Notes: a model not told the origin generated them from the letters alone. DNA of 64,000 nt from Eledone cirrhosa (GCA_964016885.1 OZ024740.1:214706001-214770000), one strand, 5' to 3'; positions 1 to 11,460 are shown, counted from the stretch's first letter. A program made the numbers and translations.

Positions 1-33
1 TCTTTGGATTTTAGTCTTCATATTTATTATTAT

Positions 34-85
<52 letters not shown>

Positions 86-89
<4 letters not shown>

Positions 90-315
90 AAAAGGTAAAC
101 GGAAACAACGAGGCAAACAAAACAGTATAATGTAGAAATATATTATATTAATGCCGCTTGATATACCAGGAAAAGATTTACGTTTCGGACATTGTTCCTT
201 CATTAGAAGATAGACTAAGAAATAAAAGTTGAATAGTTGAGAGAGAGAAGAGGAAGGAAAGGGAAAATAACTGTTTTGAGAAAAAGCGCGTGAGTGTTCA
301 GTCATCCATTTTGGA
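86..315 (-). mobile_element. PLE-derived pseudo-LTR fragment with degenerate minimal hammerhead core, between TA tracts
   Basis: Minus strand 176-210 reads CTAATGA-AGGAAC-AAT-GTCC-GAAAC-GTA. Homologous to 20091-20310. Confidence 0.55.
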
Positions 316-366
316 GAAATATATTTGTTTATGTAAGTATAAATTATGTATGTAAGTACTATGTAA

Positions 367-407
<41 letters not shown>

Positions 408-500
408 CATGTGTGTATATATATGTAGGTATAAATTATGTATTTGTGTATGTGTAAATATATATATATATTATACACAGACACGCACACACACATACAC

Positions 501-545
<45 letters not shown>

Positions 546-571
546 GAGAGAGAGAGTGAGAGAGAGAGAGC

Positions 572-623
<52 letters not shown>

Positions 624-949
624 AGAGAGATTTCATATGAGGAAAACACGAGTAACATTATATCATGTCTATTGATTCCTTCAGCAGAATTCGTAGATGA
701 AGAATTTCCAAAGATATTACAATGAGAATCAACAGAAAACATGTTGCAGAAGGTGTGTATGTGTGTATATACATACATACACATATGAGTATGTAAAGAA
801 GCTATACATACACACACATACACACATATGTGTGTGTGTGTGTGTATGTAAGTATGAATGGTCCGACTTTTTTCCATATAATTCAGGTTTTGGAAATTGA
901 AATTTATGGCATGCCCACATAAATGTGTATATATATATATAATTATATG

Positions 950-1020
<71 letters not shown>

Positions 1021-1068
1021 ATGTTGTATAATATACTATATATATATATATATATTGTATAATATAGA

Positions 1069-1109
<41 letters not shown>

Positions 1110-1119
1110 ATAATATAGA

Positions 1120-1153
<34 letters not shown>

Positions 1154-1276
1154 AAATACAGTTATATATCTTCTCTTTATACACTGTAAATATATAGACA
1201 ATTATTCGGATGTCATAAATTTCAATTTCCAACACCTGCATTGCATGGGGAAATAATTGCTGCATGTATATAGATG

Positions 1277-1355
<79 letters not shown>

Positions 1356-1473
1356 ATATATATACATATATATATATACATATATATATATGTATATATA
1401 TATGTATGTATGTATATGCACACACATATATAAATACATATATCTATATAGCTATATATGTAAACATATATAC

Positions 1474-1509
<36 letters not shown>

Positions 1510-1512
<3 letters not shown>

Positions 1513-1843
1513 AAGTAATTCCGTCGGAAAAGTCCAGGAAAAAAGAGTGCTCCATGTAGGTAACAGAGCTTAATAGTTATATAATAAACAACATAAGGCA
1601 ATTATTTCATTTACCAGTGGTTTCTTAAAAGCAAACAAATTTTGATTTCAATCATCATAATGAAAAAATCCTGGTGTATTTATTGGCATTGGATTTTAAA
1701 AACCAATCCAATTGGTTTTAAAATCCAATGCCAATAAATACACCACGATTTTTTCATTCTGATGATTGAAATCAAAATTTGTTTGCTTTTAAGAAACCAC
1801 TGGTAAATGAAATAATTGCCTTATGTTGTTTATTACATAACTA
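1510..1843. mobile_element. Fold-back PLE-derived element (about 133-bp inverted arms, 1574-1843) with one-sided tail 1510-1573
   Basis: Near-perfect inverted repeat centred near 1709, flanked by (TG)n and (TA)n, contains a hammerhead. Confidence 0.8.
1752..1812 (+). ncRNA. Type I hammerhead ribozyme motif
   Basis: TTTCATT-CTGATGA-[TTGAAA...TTTTAA]-GAAACC-ACT-GGTA-AATGAAA: 7-bp stem I, 3-bp stem III, GUA site. First stem II pair is U-A rather than G-C. The opposite-arm copy reads ATGATGA. Confidence 0.75.
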
Positions 1844-1886
1844 TATATATATATATAGTTATGTAATATATATATTGTTTATTACA

Positions 1887-1916
<30 letters not shown>

Positions 1917-1921
<5 letters not shown>

Positions 1922-2310
1922 TTAATACATAAGGAAATAAAGAATCACTGTTGTATCATATACATATTTAATTACATATTACATATGTTTCACTGTCGAT
2001 CGGCTTGAGAAACGGTCTATTAATGATCGAACCTAACTCTGGAATCTGAAGCTTCTCAGATATGATTTAACATGTTAAACCATATCTGAGAAGCTTCAGA
2101 TTCCAGAGTTAGGTTCGATCATTAATAGACCGTTTCTCAAGCCGATCGACAGTGAAACATATGTAATATGTAATTAAATAAGCATATGATACAACACTGG
2201 TTCTTTGTTCCCTTATATATTGATACTATTGAAACTCTGCTCCCCCAAGAGCATTGAGTGCTCATTCGGCATACCACCTATGGTAACGTAATTAATTTGC
2301 ACCTTAATAT
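1917..2310. mobile_element. Fold-back PLE-derived element (about 155-bp arms, 1917-2228) plus 3' tail
   Basis: Palindrome centred on TTAACATGTTAA (about 2067-2078). Arm has CATAT-CTGAGAAG...GAAAC-ATAT-GTA-ATATG (variant minimal hammerhead). Tail has TTGAGTGCTC. Confidence 0.75.
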
Positions 2311-2314
2311 ATAA

Positions 2315-2400
<86 letters not shown>

Positions 2401-2781
2401 ATACATTGGGAGCGTCATGTTGCCAATAAGAACACACGCACCAGTTGCTTTCACTCCAATTTATTATAAATTAAATTATAAATTTAAAAAATTTATATAA
2501 TTCCGGTTGGTTGGTTGGTTCCACAACCGGACGGTTGTTCATATATTGTCAAAGTTCTTTCGTCACACATTCTGTGACCTAATCGGTGACCAGGGATTCT
2601 TTTCTTCGTGCCTCTCCTTTGTTCTGTCCTACGCCATCTTGTTTTTGCGTGTGTTGTGTGCTTAGTTTGCGCATGTGTTATATCCGGGTGTCTGTCTGTG
2701 TCTTTATTTGTTTATTTATTTGTTTATTTACATGTTACTAGTTGGTTGTTTGTTCTATGTGTGTGTCTTTTCATTTTGTCC

Positions 2782-3368
2782 TTAATTGTAAGTTGTGATG
2801 TTGCTATTCCATTCATGTTTTCTATTTAATTTTGGTTGGAGTTCATTTATGTTTATTGCCTCTGTGATTTGTCTAAACATTGCGTCTTTTCTGTGTGTAG
2901 ATTTTATTTTGATTTCTATGTTCTCTAATTTGCCCTTATGTTCTATTTTAGCATGTTGGTGGAGTACAGATGATTCTTTACTATCTTGAAGGTCTCGCCA
3001 GTGTTCATTTAATCGTTCTCCTAGTCTACGAGCTGTCTCACCTATGTACATTATATTTTATCTTTACATTGTCCCTCAGTACATCTTATGCTATATACTA
3101 TGTTTCTAGTTTTGCAGTTAATATGGGGGCTTAGTTTACAGATTATGCATTTCTTATCTATACAGGGAGGTCTTTGAAAAGGGTATGTATTACTAATAAG
3201 TGTTTTTATGGAGGTACCTGGTCTTTCCACTATCTTAATATTTAGTTTAAGTTTATCTAGAGCTCTTCTAAATTTGTAAGCTAGTTCATCTCTAGGGGTT
3301 GTATTGATGAACATTACACTCTGGTATTTATTGCTATCATACCATGAGTTTATTCTATTAAACCAAAA
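2782..3368 (-). pseudogene. PLE ORF C-terminus: Cys-rich linker plus GIY-YIG endonuclease, frameshifted at about 3051
   Basis: SWY..KYQSVMFINTTP...VERPGTSIK..CIDKKCIIC...CKTRNIVYSIRC / YIGETARRLGERLNEH...RQITEAINI...PKLNRKHEW. Confidence 0.9.
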
Positions 3369-3612
3369 TTAAAGAGAAAAAATGAATGGAATAGCAACAT
3401 CACAACTTACAATTAAGGACAAAATGAAATTACACACACATAGAACAAACAACCAACTAGTAACATGTAAATAAACAAATAAATAAACAAATAAAAACAC
3501 ACACAGACACCCGGATGTAACACATGCGCAAACTAAGCACACAGCACACACAAAAAAAAGATGGCGTAGGACAGAACAAAGGAGCGGCACAAAACAAAGA
3601 AAAGAATCCCCG

Positions 3613-3655
3613 GTCACTGATGAGGTCACATAATGTGTGACGAAAGAACTTTGAC
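3613..3655 (+). ncRNA. Minimal type I hammerhead motif in PLE pseudo-LTR
   Basis: GTCA-CTGATGA-G-GTCACA(TAATG)TGTGAC-GAAA-GAAC-TT-TGAC. The mirror copy at about 2547-2590 has a mutated core (CCGATTA). Confidence 0.7.
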
Positions 3656-3865
3656 AATATATGAACAACCGTGCGGTTGTGGAACCAACCAACCAACCGG
3701 AAATTTATAATTTTTTAAAATTTATAATTTAATTTATAATAAATTGGAGTGAAAGCAACTGGTGCGTGTATTTCTTATTGGCAACATGACTCTCCCAAAG
3801 TATAACAATATCGGCTTCAACACACGTTTTCAGATAGAGAATCTTGCTAAACAAATTCAGAAATG

Positions 3866-3919
<54 letters not shown>

Positions 3920-3934
3920 AGGTCCTCAGTAAAA

Positions 3935-4055
3935 TTATTCCGATGAAATGACAGTTGATAATAACATTGAAATATTGAATGTCTGCATAACTAATACTTT
4001 GTAGATAGCAGCTGTTTTCAGGTTATGTAACTGTTATAGAAACACGTGTCAATAA
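3935..4055 (+). ncRNA. Hammerhead motif with long stem II (core variant CCGATGA) in a short TA-flanked insert
   Basis: TTATT-CCGATGA-aATGACAGTT...AACTGTTATa-GAAAC-ACGT-GTC-AATAA. Palindromic stem III loop is typical of PLE minimal hammerheads. Confidence 0.65.
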
Positions 4056-4089
4056 ATTCCTTTTAACTAAACTGTATCCATTAAAATCC

Positions 4090-4135
<46 letters not shown>

Positions 4136-4137
4136 TG

Positions 4138-4438
4138 TATTAAACTTAAGCCAAAATCTCAGTTGGGGCGTGGGGACGGGGGTATATAAGCTAGATCAAC
4201 TGAAATAGGTCGGCTTTTCAGTAAAAGCCAACTTATTTTAGCAGATCTACCTTATAACCCCCTCCCCGCTCCCAATAAGATTTTGGCTTAAGTTTAATAT
4301 AGTTTAATATTTCTCTGAGTAGATAATTTATTAATATATCTTATCCTTTCATTGAGATGTTGGCGTATTACAGTTAACTTTCTAAAGTTATAAATTAATA
4401 TATACATATATAAGCATTCAATTAGAAATCGATTGACA
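4138..4438. mobile_element. Fold-back element (about 80-bp imperfect arms, 4138-4299) plus tail
   Basis: TATTAAACTTAAGCCAAAATCT... / ...AGATTTTGGCTTAAGTTTAATA, centre GGCTTTTCAGTAAAAGCC, between TA tracts. Confidence 0.65.
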
Positions 4439-4446
4439 TATATATA

Positions 4447-4775
4447 TATAATAAACATACGAAACAATCACAGGGGATAATTGTAAAGAATGTAAGGATA
4501 TATAGCTAGGTAGGTAACTAATTAAAGTTTAACGAGAATTTCAAATATAGATACCTTTTAAAATGATTCTTTACTGACGATCCGGGATTTGACTACTGTA
4601 ATTTACGGATTGATGGTGAAATATATTTCTTTATTTAATGAAATATATACAAAGGAGATTAATCCTTTTAAAAGGTATCTATATTTGAAGTACTCGTTTA
4701 ACTTTAATTAGTTACCTACCTAGCTATGTGTGCTTCACTCTTTACAAGTTATCCCCTGTCATTGTTTCATATGTT

Positions 4776-4782
<7 letters not shown>
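4447..4782. mobile_element. Inverted-repeat element, about 115-bp arms and 100-bp spacer
   Basis: TAATAAACATACGAAACAAT...ATACCTTTTAAAA versus TTTTAAAAGGTAT...ATTGTTTCATATGTTTATTA, TA-flanked. Confidence 0.7.
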
Positions 4783-4862
<80 letters not shown>

Positions 4863-4864
<2 letters not shown>

Positions 4865-5549
4865 GAAATATATGGAGAATAGAAATGGCTGTGTAGTTGC
4901 TATTTAAGGTAACTTAAAATGCAGTGGTAATACGAAGAAAGCAAGAACAGGGGGGGGGGGGATTCCTCATCAGTTGTCTACTGGGGGTTTAGGATATTTC
5001 TACGCTTTAAAGACAATAACTGGATAAGTTATTGGGAAAACGAAGGAAGGAGGGAAGGAAAGCAAAGGGGAAGAAAAGAGAAACAGTAACAAAACAGTGA
5101 ATAAAAAACACAAACCTAGCAATGTATGAGCAACTATAGGTAGGAAATTCAAGACCACTCGATAATAGAACTTAAGTTCGAGACCGAGTAATCGAGAGAA
5201 ACAAGACACACGTCCGATCGCCGCAGTTGTAAGTGAGAAGTGAATTGCTAAATGGTCAGACGAGGGGGTGAAAGTGAGAGGGAGAAAGGGAGGGGAAGAA
5301 AGTGGGGTAAGAGTAGATAGGGAGAAAGGTAGGGGAAGAAAGAGGGTTGAGAGTAGAAAGTGGCGAAATAGGTAGGTAGAAGGGGAGAGGAGAAGGGTCA
5401 CAGCGAAAAACATGATGAAATATATGGAGATAGAAATGGCTGTGTAGTTGCTATTTAAGATAACTTAAAATGCAGTGAGAATACGAAGAAAGCAAGAACG
5501 GGGGGGGGGGTTCCTCATCAGTTGTCTACTGAGGGTCTAGGATATTTCT

Positions 5550-5551
<2 letters not shown>
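4863..5551 (-). mobile_element. Non-coding element with about 138-bp direct terminal repeats (period about 550 bp), PLE/retrozyme-like
   Basis: 4863-5003 matches 5415-5551. Each repeat has AGACAA-CTGATGA-GGAA on the minus strand. Confidence 0.7.
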
Positions 5552-5585
<34 letters not shown>

Positions 5586-5730
5586 GTATATATGTGTGTG
5601 TGTGTGTTAATCGATTTCTAATTGAATGCTTATAAATGCTCGGAGGTATCCATTAGAATCTTTGAGCATATTCTACAGAGATTATGGCGCATGTTCCTCA
5701 GAAATTACATCCTTAATTTAATTTTGGTTG

Positions 5731-5768
<38 letters not shown>

Positions 5769-5955
5769 GGAAAAGAGTCAGGACCCCGACGGCTGAGCTC
5801 CGGCCGTTTCGACAGCTAGATCCTAACTAAATCAGTAGTATTAGGACGGCAGGGACGTGGCTGAACTTATCAAGGGATACAGTCCATATGTGGACATGCA
5901 ATCAAAACAAAGTAGAAGTATCAAATCAAACAATCCTAAAAATTGTTGTTTTTCT
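5769..5955 (-). mobile_element. PLE-derived fragment related to 20327-20485
   Basis: Shares GGAAAA..GACCCCGACGGC.GAGCTC and GTCGAAACGGC, TA-flanked. Confidence 0.5.
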
Positions 5956-5985
5956 TATATATATATATATATATATACATATTAG

Positions 5986-6028
5986 ACCGAGCTGAGGATC
6001 CGTATAAGGTAAAACAGTTGTTCTCGGT
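5986..6028 (+). ncRNA. Degenerate minimal hammerhead in a tiny TA-flanked insert
   Basis: ACCGAG-CTGAGGA-TCC(GTATA)AGGT-AAAAC-AGTT-GTT-CTCGGT: perfect 6-bp stem I, GAAA mutated to AAAA. Confidence 0.6.
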
Positions 6029-6054
6029 ATGGTGAACTAACTGATGTGGAACTA

Positions 6055-6103
<49 letters not shown>

Positions 6104-6616
6104 TTTATATATACTCATTTATTTTTTGTGGTTCACTAATGGATAGAGCTGGTTATTCCGGTTAGTTAACCATGATGTAATAGTAAGAAAAGCACTCTAC
6201 ATTATGTAACTCATCCATCGTTGATGTTGCACCCTGTGGTTGGTGCAGGAATGGAGTTTGATTCAAATAACTGGTGATATACCTTCAAAGTTTTATTGTT
6301 GCATTAAAAAAACACTATATATATATATATATGTCAATGGTCTTGTTACATAGGTTGCTAGCGACATCATCAGGTGCAGGTTGCATCATAATTAGTTAAT
6401 CAATAAAAGGAATTACGACAAAGACAAACAGAGAATAGAGAAAATATTTGATCTGGAGATGGCTCGCAAAATTGTTGTTATTGTTGCGGCAGACCATTTG
6501 GAGGAATCTGCTGGAGAGAAGATGGGCTCCGTCAGGTTTTAAAATGCTCTAGAAACGCCGTATGTCAATATGGCACCTCTACGACTCCCTCGTGTGTTAT
6601 GAGAAAAAGAGACAAG

Positions 6617-6768
6617 AGTATTTAACTGGTACTTTATTTCATCGACCTAGAAAGGATGAAATGCAAAGTTAACCCCGGTGGGATTTGAACTCAAACGATA
6701 GAAAATCTAACTAAATACTGCAAGGCACTTTGTCCGACATTCTGCCGATCCTGCCAATCTCCCCGCCT
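6617..6768 (-). mobile_element. tRNA-derived SINE with Deu/Nin-like central domain
   Basis: B-box GAGTTCAAATCC followed by TTTCATCCTTTC..GGTCGATGAAATAAAGTACCAG on the minus strand. Confidence 0.8.
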
Positions 6769-7399
6769 TACACATGTAATACCAGGAGTTGAAGATGCCG
6801 ATTAATTTAAGAATATCGATACAATTACAGAACAAAAACTCTTTTGATATTTTCTAAAGTTGAATGTTTCAGTTTGTTTCGCTCTTTAAACTGAGATAAT
6901 GGCGACAATAATGCAAAATTAATAATTGTGTTTATATGAATATATTTTGGGAGGTATAATATAGGGAATATAGATGGATCCTAGCTGGGGGAGAGTAAAG
7001 ATAGCCATGCATCATTGTTGTCTAAATGTGCATAGGTTTAAAGAAACAAAGATTTCCATCGGTTATTTTGTGCAGATGATTTGTGTTCAATAACGACAAA
7101 TTAAAAAGAATTATTTGTCTTTGTTTTTTTTTGTTTTTTTTATTTATTTTATGCTAATGGTGAAATTAAAGAGTCTATCACCCTCACCCCTCCTCCCTTT
7201 TCTTTTCTTCCTTTGTCTAGTAATCCTTGCTCTTTCCCTCCTTTTCCCCTCTTTCATGGCATTTATAGTCCTTTCCATGGCATTTATAGTCCTTTCTTTT
7301 CCTGTGTTTAACCAATTTATATATTGATTGAAACATTCTTCATAAACAAGAGAATGTTTAAACTCCAGTCACACACAAAACAATTATGGCAAAGTTCCA

Positions 7400-7930
7400 C
7401 GTTTTTTATATGAGAGGTGAGATCGGTAATTGAGATTGGAATTGTTTCTCTTTTTGAAACCTGGGACGACATGCAGGGATAGAAACTATTGACGTATATA
7501 GCCTGCGTCTAGTGTTTTCTTCCAGCAATTAGTTAAAGAGGACACAAGTTAATGTTGACCATTCTTCAGGACACCAGCCATTAACCTACTGGGGCCAACT
7601 GCTGAGTTATGTTTCAATGTGTTTATTGCCGCTGTGATATCAGAGGGCGCTGAATGTCATATCACTGATATTGTCCAGATCATCTATATCAAGATTACTT
7701 AAGACAGACGATAGATGTTAGCCTATCAAATTATACTTTAAACAGATACCATTTTCAGCATTATTGTTTCTGTAGTATCTCACTCGTGATTTTAGTAACA
7801 TCCTGGAGAATGTTGTTTTCAACACTAAAAAGACCAACAGAGGAAACGCCGACTTCGTGTTTGTTGGCCAATGAGAACATTTTGAGGTTGATTTAAGTGT
7901 TTTAATGGTACAGTCCTCCTCGGGTGTCTT
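7400..7930 (-). pseudogene. Decayed CR1-like LINE ORF2 fragment (RT N-terminal region), may extend toward about 6800
   Basis: Manual translation: SSVGLFSVENNILQDVTKITSEILQKQ; DITAAINTLKHNSAVGPSRLMAGVLKN..LTNCWKKTLDAGYI..VVPGFKK..NYRS..LTSHIK, with stops and frameshifts. Confidence 0.65.
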
Positions 7931-8307
7931 TTGTTGTTGTGTTGGTTTTTTTATTATTATTTTCACCCTAACCTCAACTCACACAACTTATCTACATCTC
8001 TATCCTCACATATATGAACAATAAAACACAAAACGTTTACAGTTTTATCAAATTTTATCTCGTTTATTAGTTCCAACTACTTCTTCCTTACAGCTCCCTA
8101 TAACTCACTCCTCGCATCTCACGTCTAGCCTATCCCTCCATTACTCACTTTCTTAACACTGCCGTGGACTACACACAACTACAACGTCTACACAACCCAG
8201 CATACTTATAAACATATTGCTTTAGATACACCAACGCATTATATATGAATGTATGTATGTGTGTGCATACATACATAAATACAAACGTACGTACATACAT
8301 ACATAAT

Positions 8308-8374
<67 letters not shown>

Positions 8375-8884
8375 CAGGCTTGTATATTTGTATGTATAAA
8401 AGGGGGGAGGAGTATCTTATTTCTCAGTGCAATAAATAGAAATCTTTAAAAATTGTATTTTCTTTGATTTTAATGTATATTTAACCACATTAATTTGTTG
8501 CCATAAACATGTGTTGTAAAGTAGAAGAAAAATTGTAGAAGTGAATAATGTGAATGAATTTGTACTGAGTAACACATGTTTCATGTGGATAATTGTACTG
8601 ATAATGTCTGATATATTCCCACCATTGGAGTTCCACTAACTGGGAATGGTAGAGAAAATTATATTATGATTATTATCTGACGTTCTAGAAAAAAACTTGC
8701 TGAAGCTTTCAAGAACTAATCCAGTAATCCAAACGAACAGTATGCCCTCCAAGCAATGCGGAAAATAAACAAGAAAATAATGAGATAAACTTAGTTAATT
8801 ATGGAGAAATAATATCATTTGACAGAAACTTAAAACCTCTAAACATAAAATGAGATAGAGAGAATATAAAAATGTCCCAGCATC

Positions 8885-9042
8885 CATGTAAGGAAAAGAA
8901 GTTTACTTCATAATCAGTAGTTCGGCACTCGATACCACTACCTGGTGGTGGAATCTTGGGCCATTGTTTTCTACCGTAACCTTGTGTTGACCAATGCCTT
9001 ACGAGTATAATATGGTGGGCACAAACTGTGCAGATGCCCGTC
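8885..9042 (+). mobile_element. Diverged octopus-type tRNA-derived SINE 5' half
   Basis: AAGAAGTTTACTTC...CTTGGGC..TGTTTTCTAC..GACCAATGCCTT..GAGT...AAACTGTGCAGATGCCCGTC. Confidence 0.6.
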
Positions 9043-9059
9043 ATCTCTCTCCCTCTCTC

Positions 9060-9540
9060 TTTCTCTTTGTTAATTTTCTTAAGTTTATCTAAGCTTAAGT
9101 TTATGTAAGCCATTGCAATAAATGGGTGGGAGAAGAGATAAACACGTTCGTTACATTACTAATGTAACGAACGTGTTTATCTCTTCTCCCACCCATTTAT
9201 TGCAATGGCTTACATTTTTTAACACATCTTACTTTCTTGCATTTTTCTTACTTTTTTTTCTTTGTATTATTCATATCTCGTGCTATAAGAGGCACCACAC
9301 ATTTTCCCTGACGTCATATAAAATTATATGTGTACTTAGCTTAATTGCTATAAATTAGTGTTATGATTCTCACCTCTTACTCCACTGGACAGCATTTGGG
9401 TTATGTCAAATGCTATGACCCCGTGTGAACTAGCAGTGCCGTTGGTACGGGTCGAAACTGCCAAAATCCATCTCAACGGCCGATTACCCTGAAGTTCTGT
9501 GTCCTTCGTTTGTATTTTCTGTGGTTTTATTTTTTTTAAA
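9060..9540 (+). mobile_element. Non-coding repeat family copy with internal 53-bp fold-back (9104-9213) and hammerhead-like motifs
   Basis: Homologous to 27955-28583. Perfect hairpin TGTAAGCCATTGC...ACATT / AATGT...GCAATGGCTTACA. Confidence 0.7.
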
Positions 9541-9588
<48 letters not shown>

Positions 9589-9819
9589 GGGTGGAGGCTT
9601 CAAAAACATCATCTTTGTCCGTTCCTTTGTCGTTTTAGTTTGGATTGCCTCGAAAATGTAACCTTATTATGTAATGAAGCTGTCTGACGAGATCATGCCA
9701 ACGGTTACGCGAAATCACGTGGCCACTGTCGTCATGGAAATATGTATCACAGCCTTACCAATGAAGGACTTTAACATCTGAAACTACTTCGTATTTTGTT
9801 ATTATATGCTTTGGGGTAT

Positions 9820-9973
9820 TTGGTGCGGCTTTTTATGGGCGGAGTTCAAATCCTGTCGAGACCATAATGTATTTCTTGCGATAGAATAAAGTACCAGTCA
9901 TATATTGGTGTCGATTTATTCGACTTATTCTTCTTCCAAATTTCTAATCATTTGTCTAACTTAGAAATCATTA
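9820..9973 (+). mobile_element. Degenerate Deu/Nin-type SINE
   Basis: GAGTTCAAATCC...ATAAAGTACCAGT..TATTGGTGTCGATTTATTCGACT...TAGAAATCATTA. Confidence 0.6.
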
Positions 9974-10439
9974 AATCTGAAAGTTCAAAGTACGTTTACC
10001 TATAATAAGAAATCGATACTCAAGCGAATGACTGCTACCGTGCAAAAGGCAAGTTAATGGTGAATGAAATTTTAAAGTTGATTTCATAAACCGACTGGGA
10101 AAAGTCTAAGCCTGACAACATCGCATTCTCTCTCTTAATTGATTTAACTTTTAGCTATTAGTGCAAATAGACTTATATTAATAACTTGAACAATTAAGTT
10201 TACGACAAAGCGATTTCATATCACTTCTTATATACAAAGCTGTTTAATTTAAAGTGTGTATATATATTTACCAACCGTCCATCATAATTTTATGTAGGAG
10301 CCTTTGTTAAGCTATGTTTCAAACACCAACATAAATTGAGAAAGTTGGTTATTTTACTAACAATTCTTACAAATTCTTAATTATAATGAATAAATCTTTC
10401 TTAAGTTATGTCCCAAACACCAGCATAAATTCTTGATTA

Positions 10440-10932
10440 TCTATATACATAAATGGCAATTTCTGTCTGTTTGTTTGTGAACCTAAAACTCAAAAGCTAC
10501 CAAACCGATCTTGATGAAACTTGACACGTGTGTGGGGCTCATGCCCATTTGATTTCTTACGTATATTTCATTTTAATCAAAGGGCTCCCCGGGGCCTCAA
10601 GCCCCCGCTGAGAACCCCCGCTTAATTAGGTAAATGACAAGATATGATGACTATTCACAAAATTTCAGCAAATTTCAATAATATTAAGACACCCTAATGG
10701 GGATTCTATTTTTTTCCTTATAACAACACTCAACTTCTCTGACAAACATTTTTTCACCAGACCAATGCAATCAACAATATTTGTTTGTATTGTTGTTTCG
10801 TAAATGAATTTGTCTTCACTTTTGATTATCTGTCCTATATTTTGATTTCATTTTTGGTCTGAGAGGCATTGGGCATTTTAACGGAAACTGGGAACACCCC
10901 CATTCCCGGGTATTACCAGGTACCTTAGCTAT
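10440..10932 (+). mobile_element. Non-autonomous Helitron-like element
   Basis: 5' A|TCTATATACATAAA with GTCT/GTTT repeat. 3' hairpin CCCGGGTATTACCAGG followed by CTAT (CTAG variant). Confidence 0.6.
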
Positions 10933-11038
10933 TTTTCAATAATCCTATGCAGTGTTGTTTTATTTTATTCTCATTAGAAATATGGAAAAGAAATGGTTCA
11001 GAGATTGAAAGAAAATAAATCCAATAAAAGAATAAAAG

Positions 11039-11460
11039 AATAGTTGTTTCTACTTCAGGCACAAGGCCAGCAATTTGAAGGGGAGGGGAAAGTCGATTAA
11101 ATCGACCCAGTACATTACTGGTACTTTATTTTATCGACCCCGTAAGGATGAAAAGCAAAGTTAACCTCGGCGGGATTTGAACTCAGATCATAAAGGGCCG
11201 TAACTCTACGCTGCAAAGCATGACGTCCGATCCTCTGCCGATACTGTCAATACATCGCCGTAAAAGAATAAATAATTGTTTCTACTTTAGGCACAAGGCC
11301 AGCAATTATCTCAGTTTATTACTGGTACTTTATTTTATCGACCCCGTAAGGATGAAAGGCAAAGTTAACCTCGGCGGGATTTGAACTCAGAATGGCAAGG
11401 GCCGTAACTCTATGCTGCAAAGCATGGCGTCCGACCCCTACCGGTATTGCCAATCCAGCC
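11039..11460 (-). mobile_element. Two tandem Deu/Nin-type SINEs (11039-11260 full length; 11271-11460 with internal deletion)
   Basis: Each has ACTGGTACTTTATTTTATCGACCCCGTAAGGATGAAA.GCAAAGTTAACCTCGGCGGGATTTGAACTCAGA. Confidence 0.9.

Larger units (their letters stand above)
2396..3870 (-). mobile_element. 5'-truncated Penelope-like retroelement with inverted pseudo-LTRs
   Basis: Inverted arms about 2396-2826 and 3369-3809 flank a GIY-YIG ORF end. Extra 60-bp tail at 3810-3870. Inserted in (TA)n. Confidence 0.9.

Noticed and set aside
36-1513. [12 protein letters not shown] ORFs here and throughout the window
   Set aside because: Dinucleotide microsatellite artefacts.
3655-3700. Possible SECIS after the PLE hammerhead (ATGAA-CAACCG..CGGTTG-TGGA)
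   Set aside because: Helix too short and no apical AA loop.
4570-4632. CTGACGA...GAAA as a hammerhead
   Set aside because: No stem I partner found.
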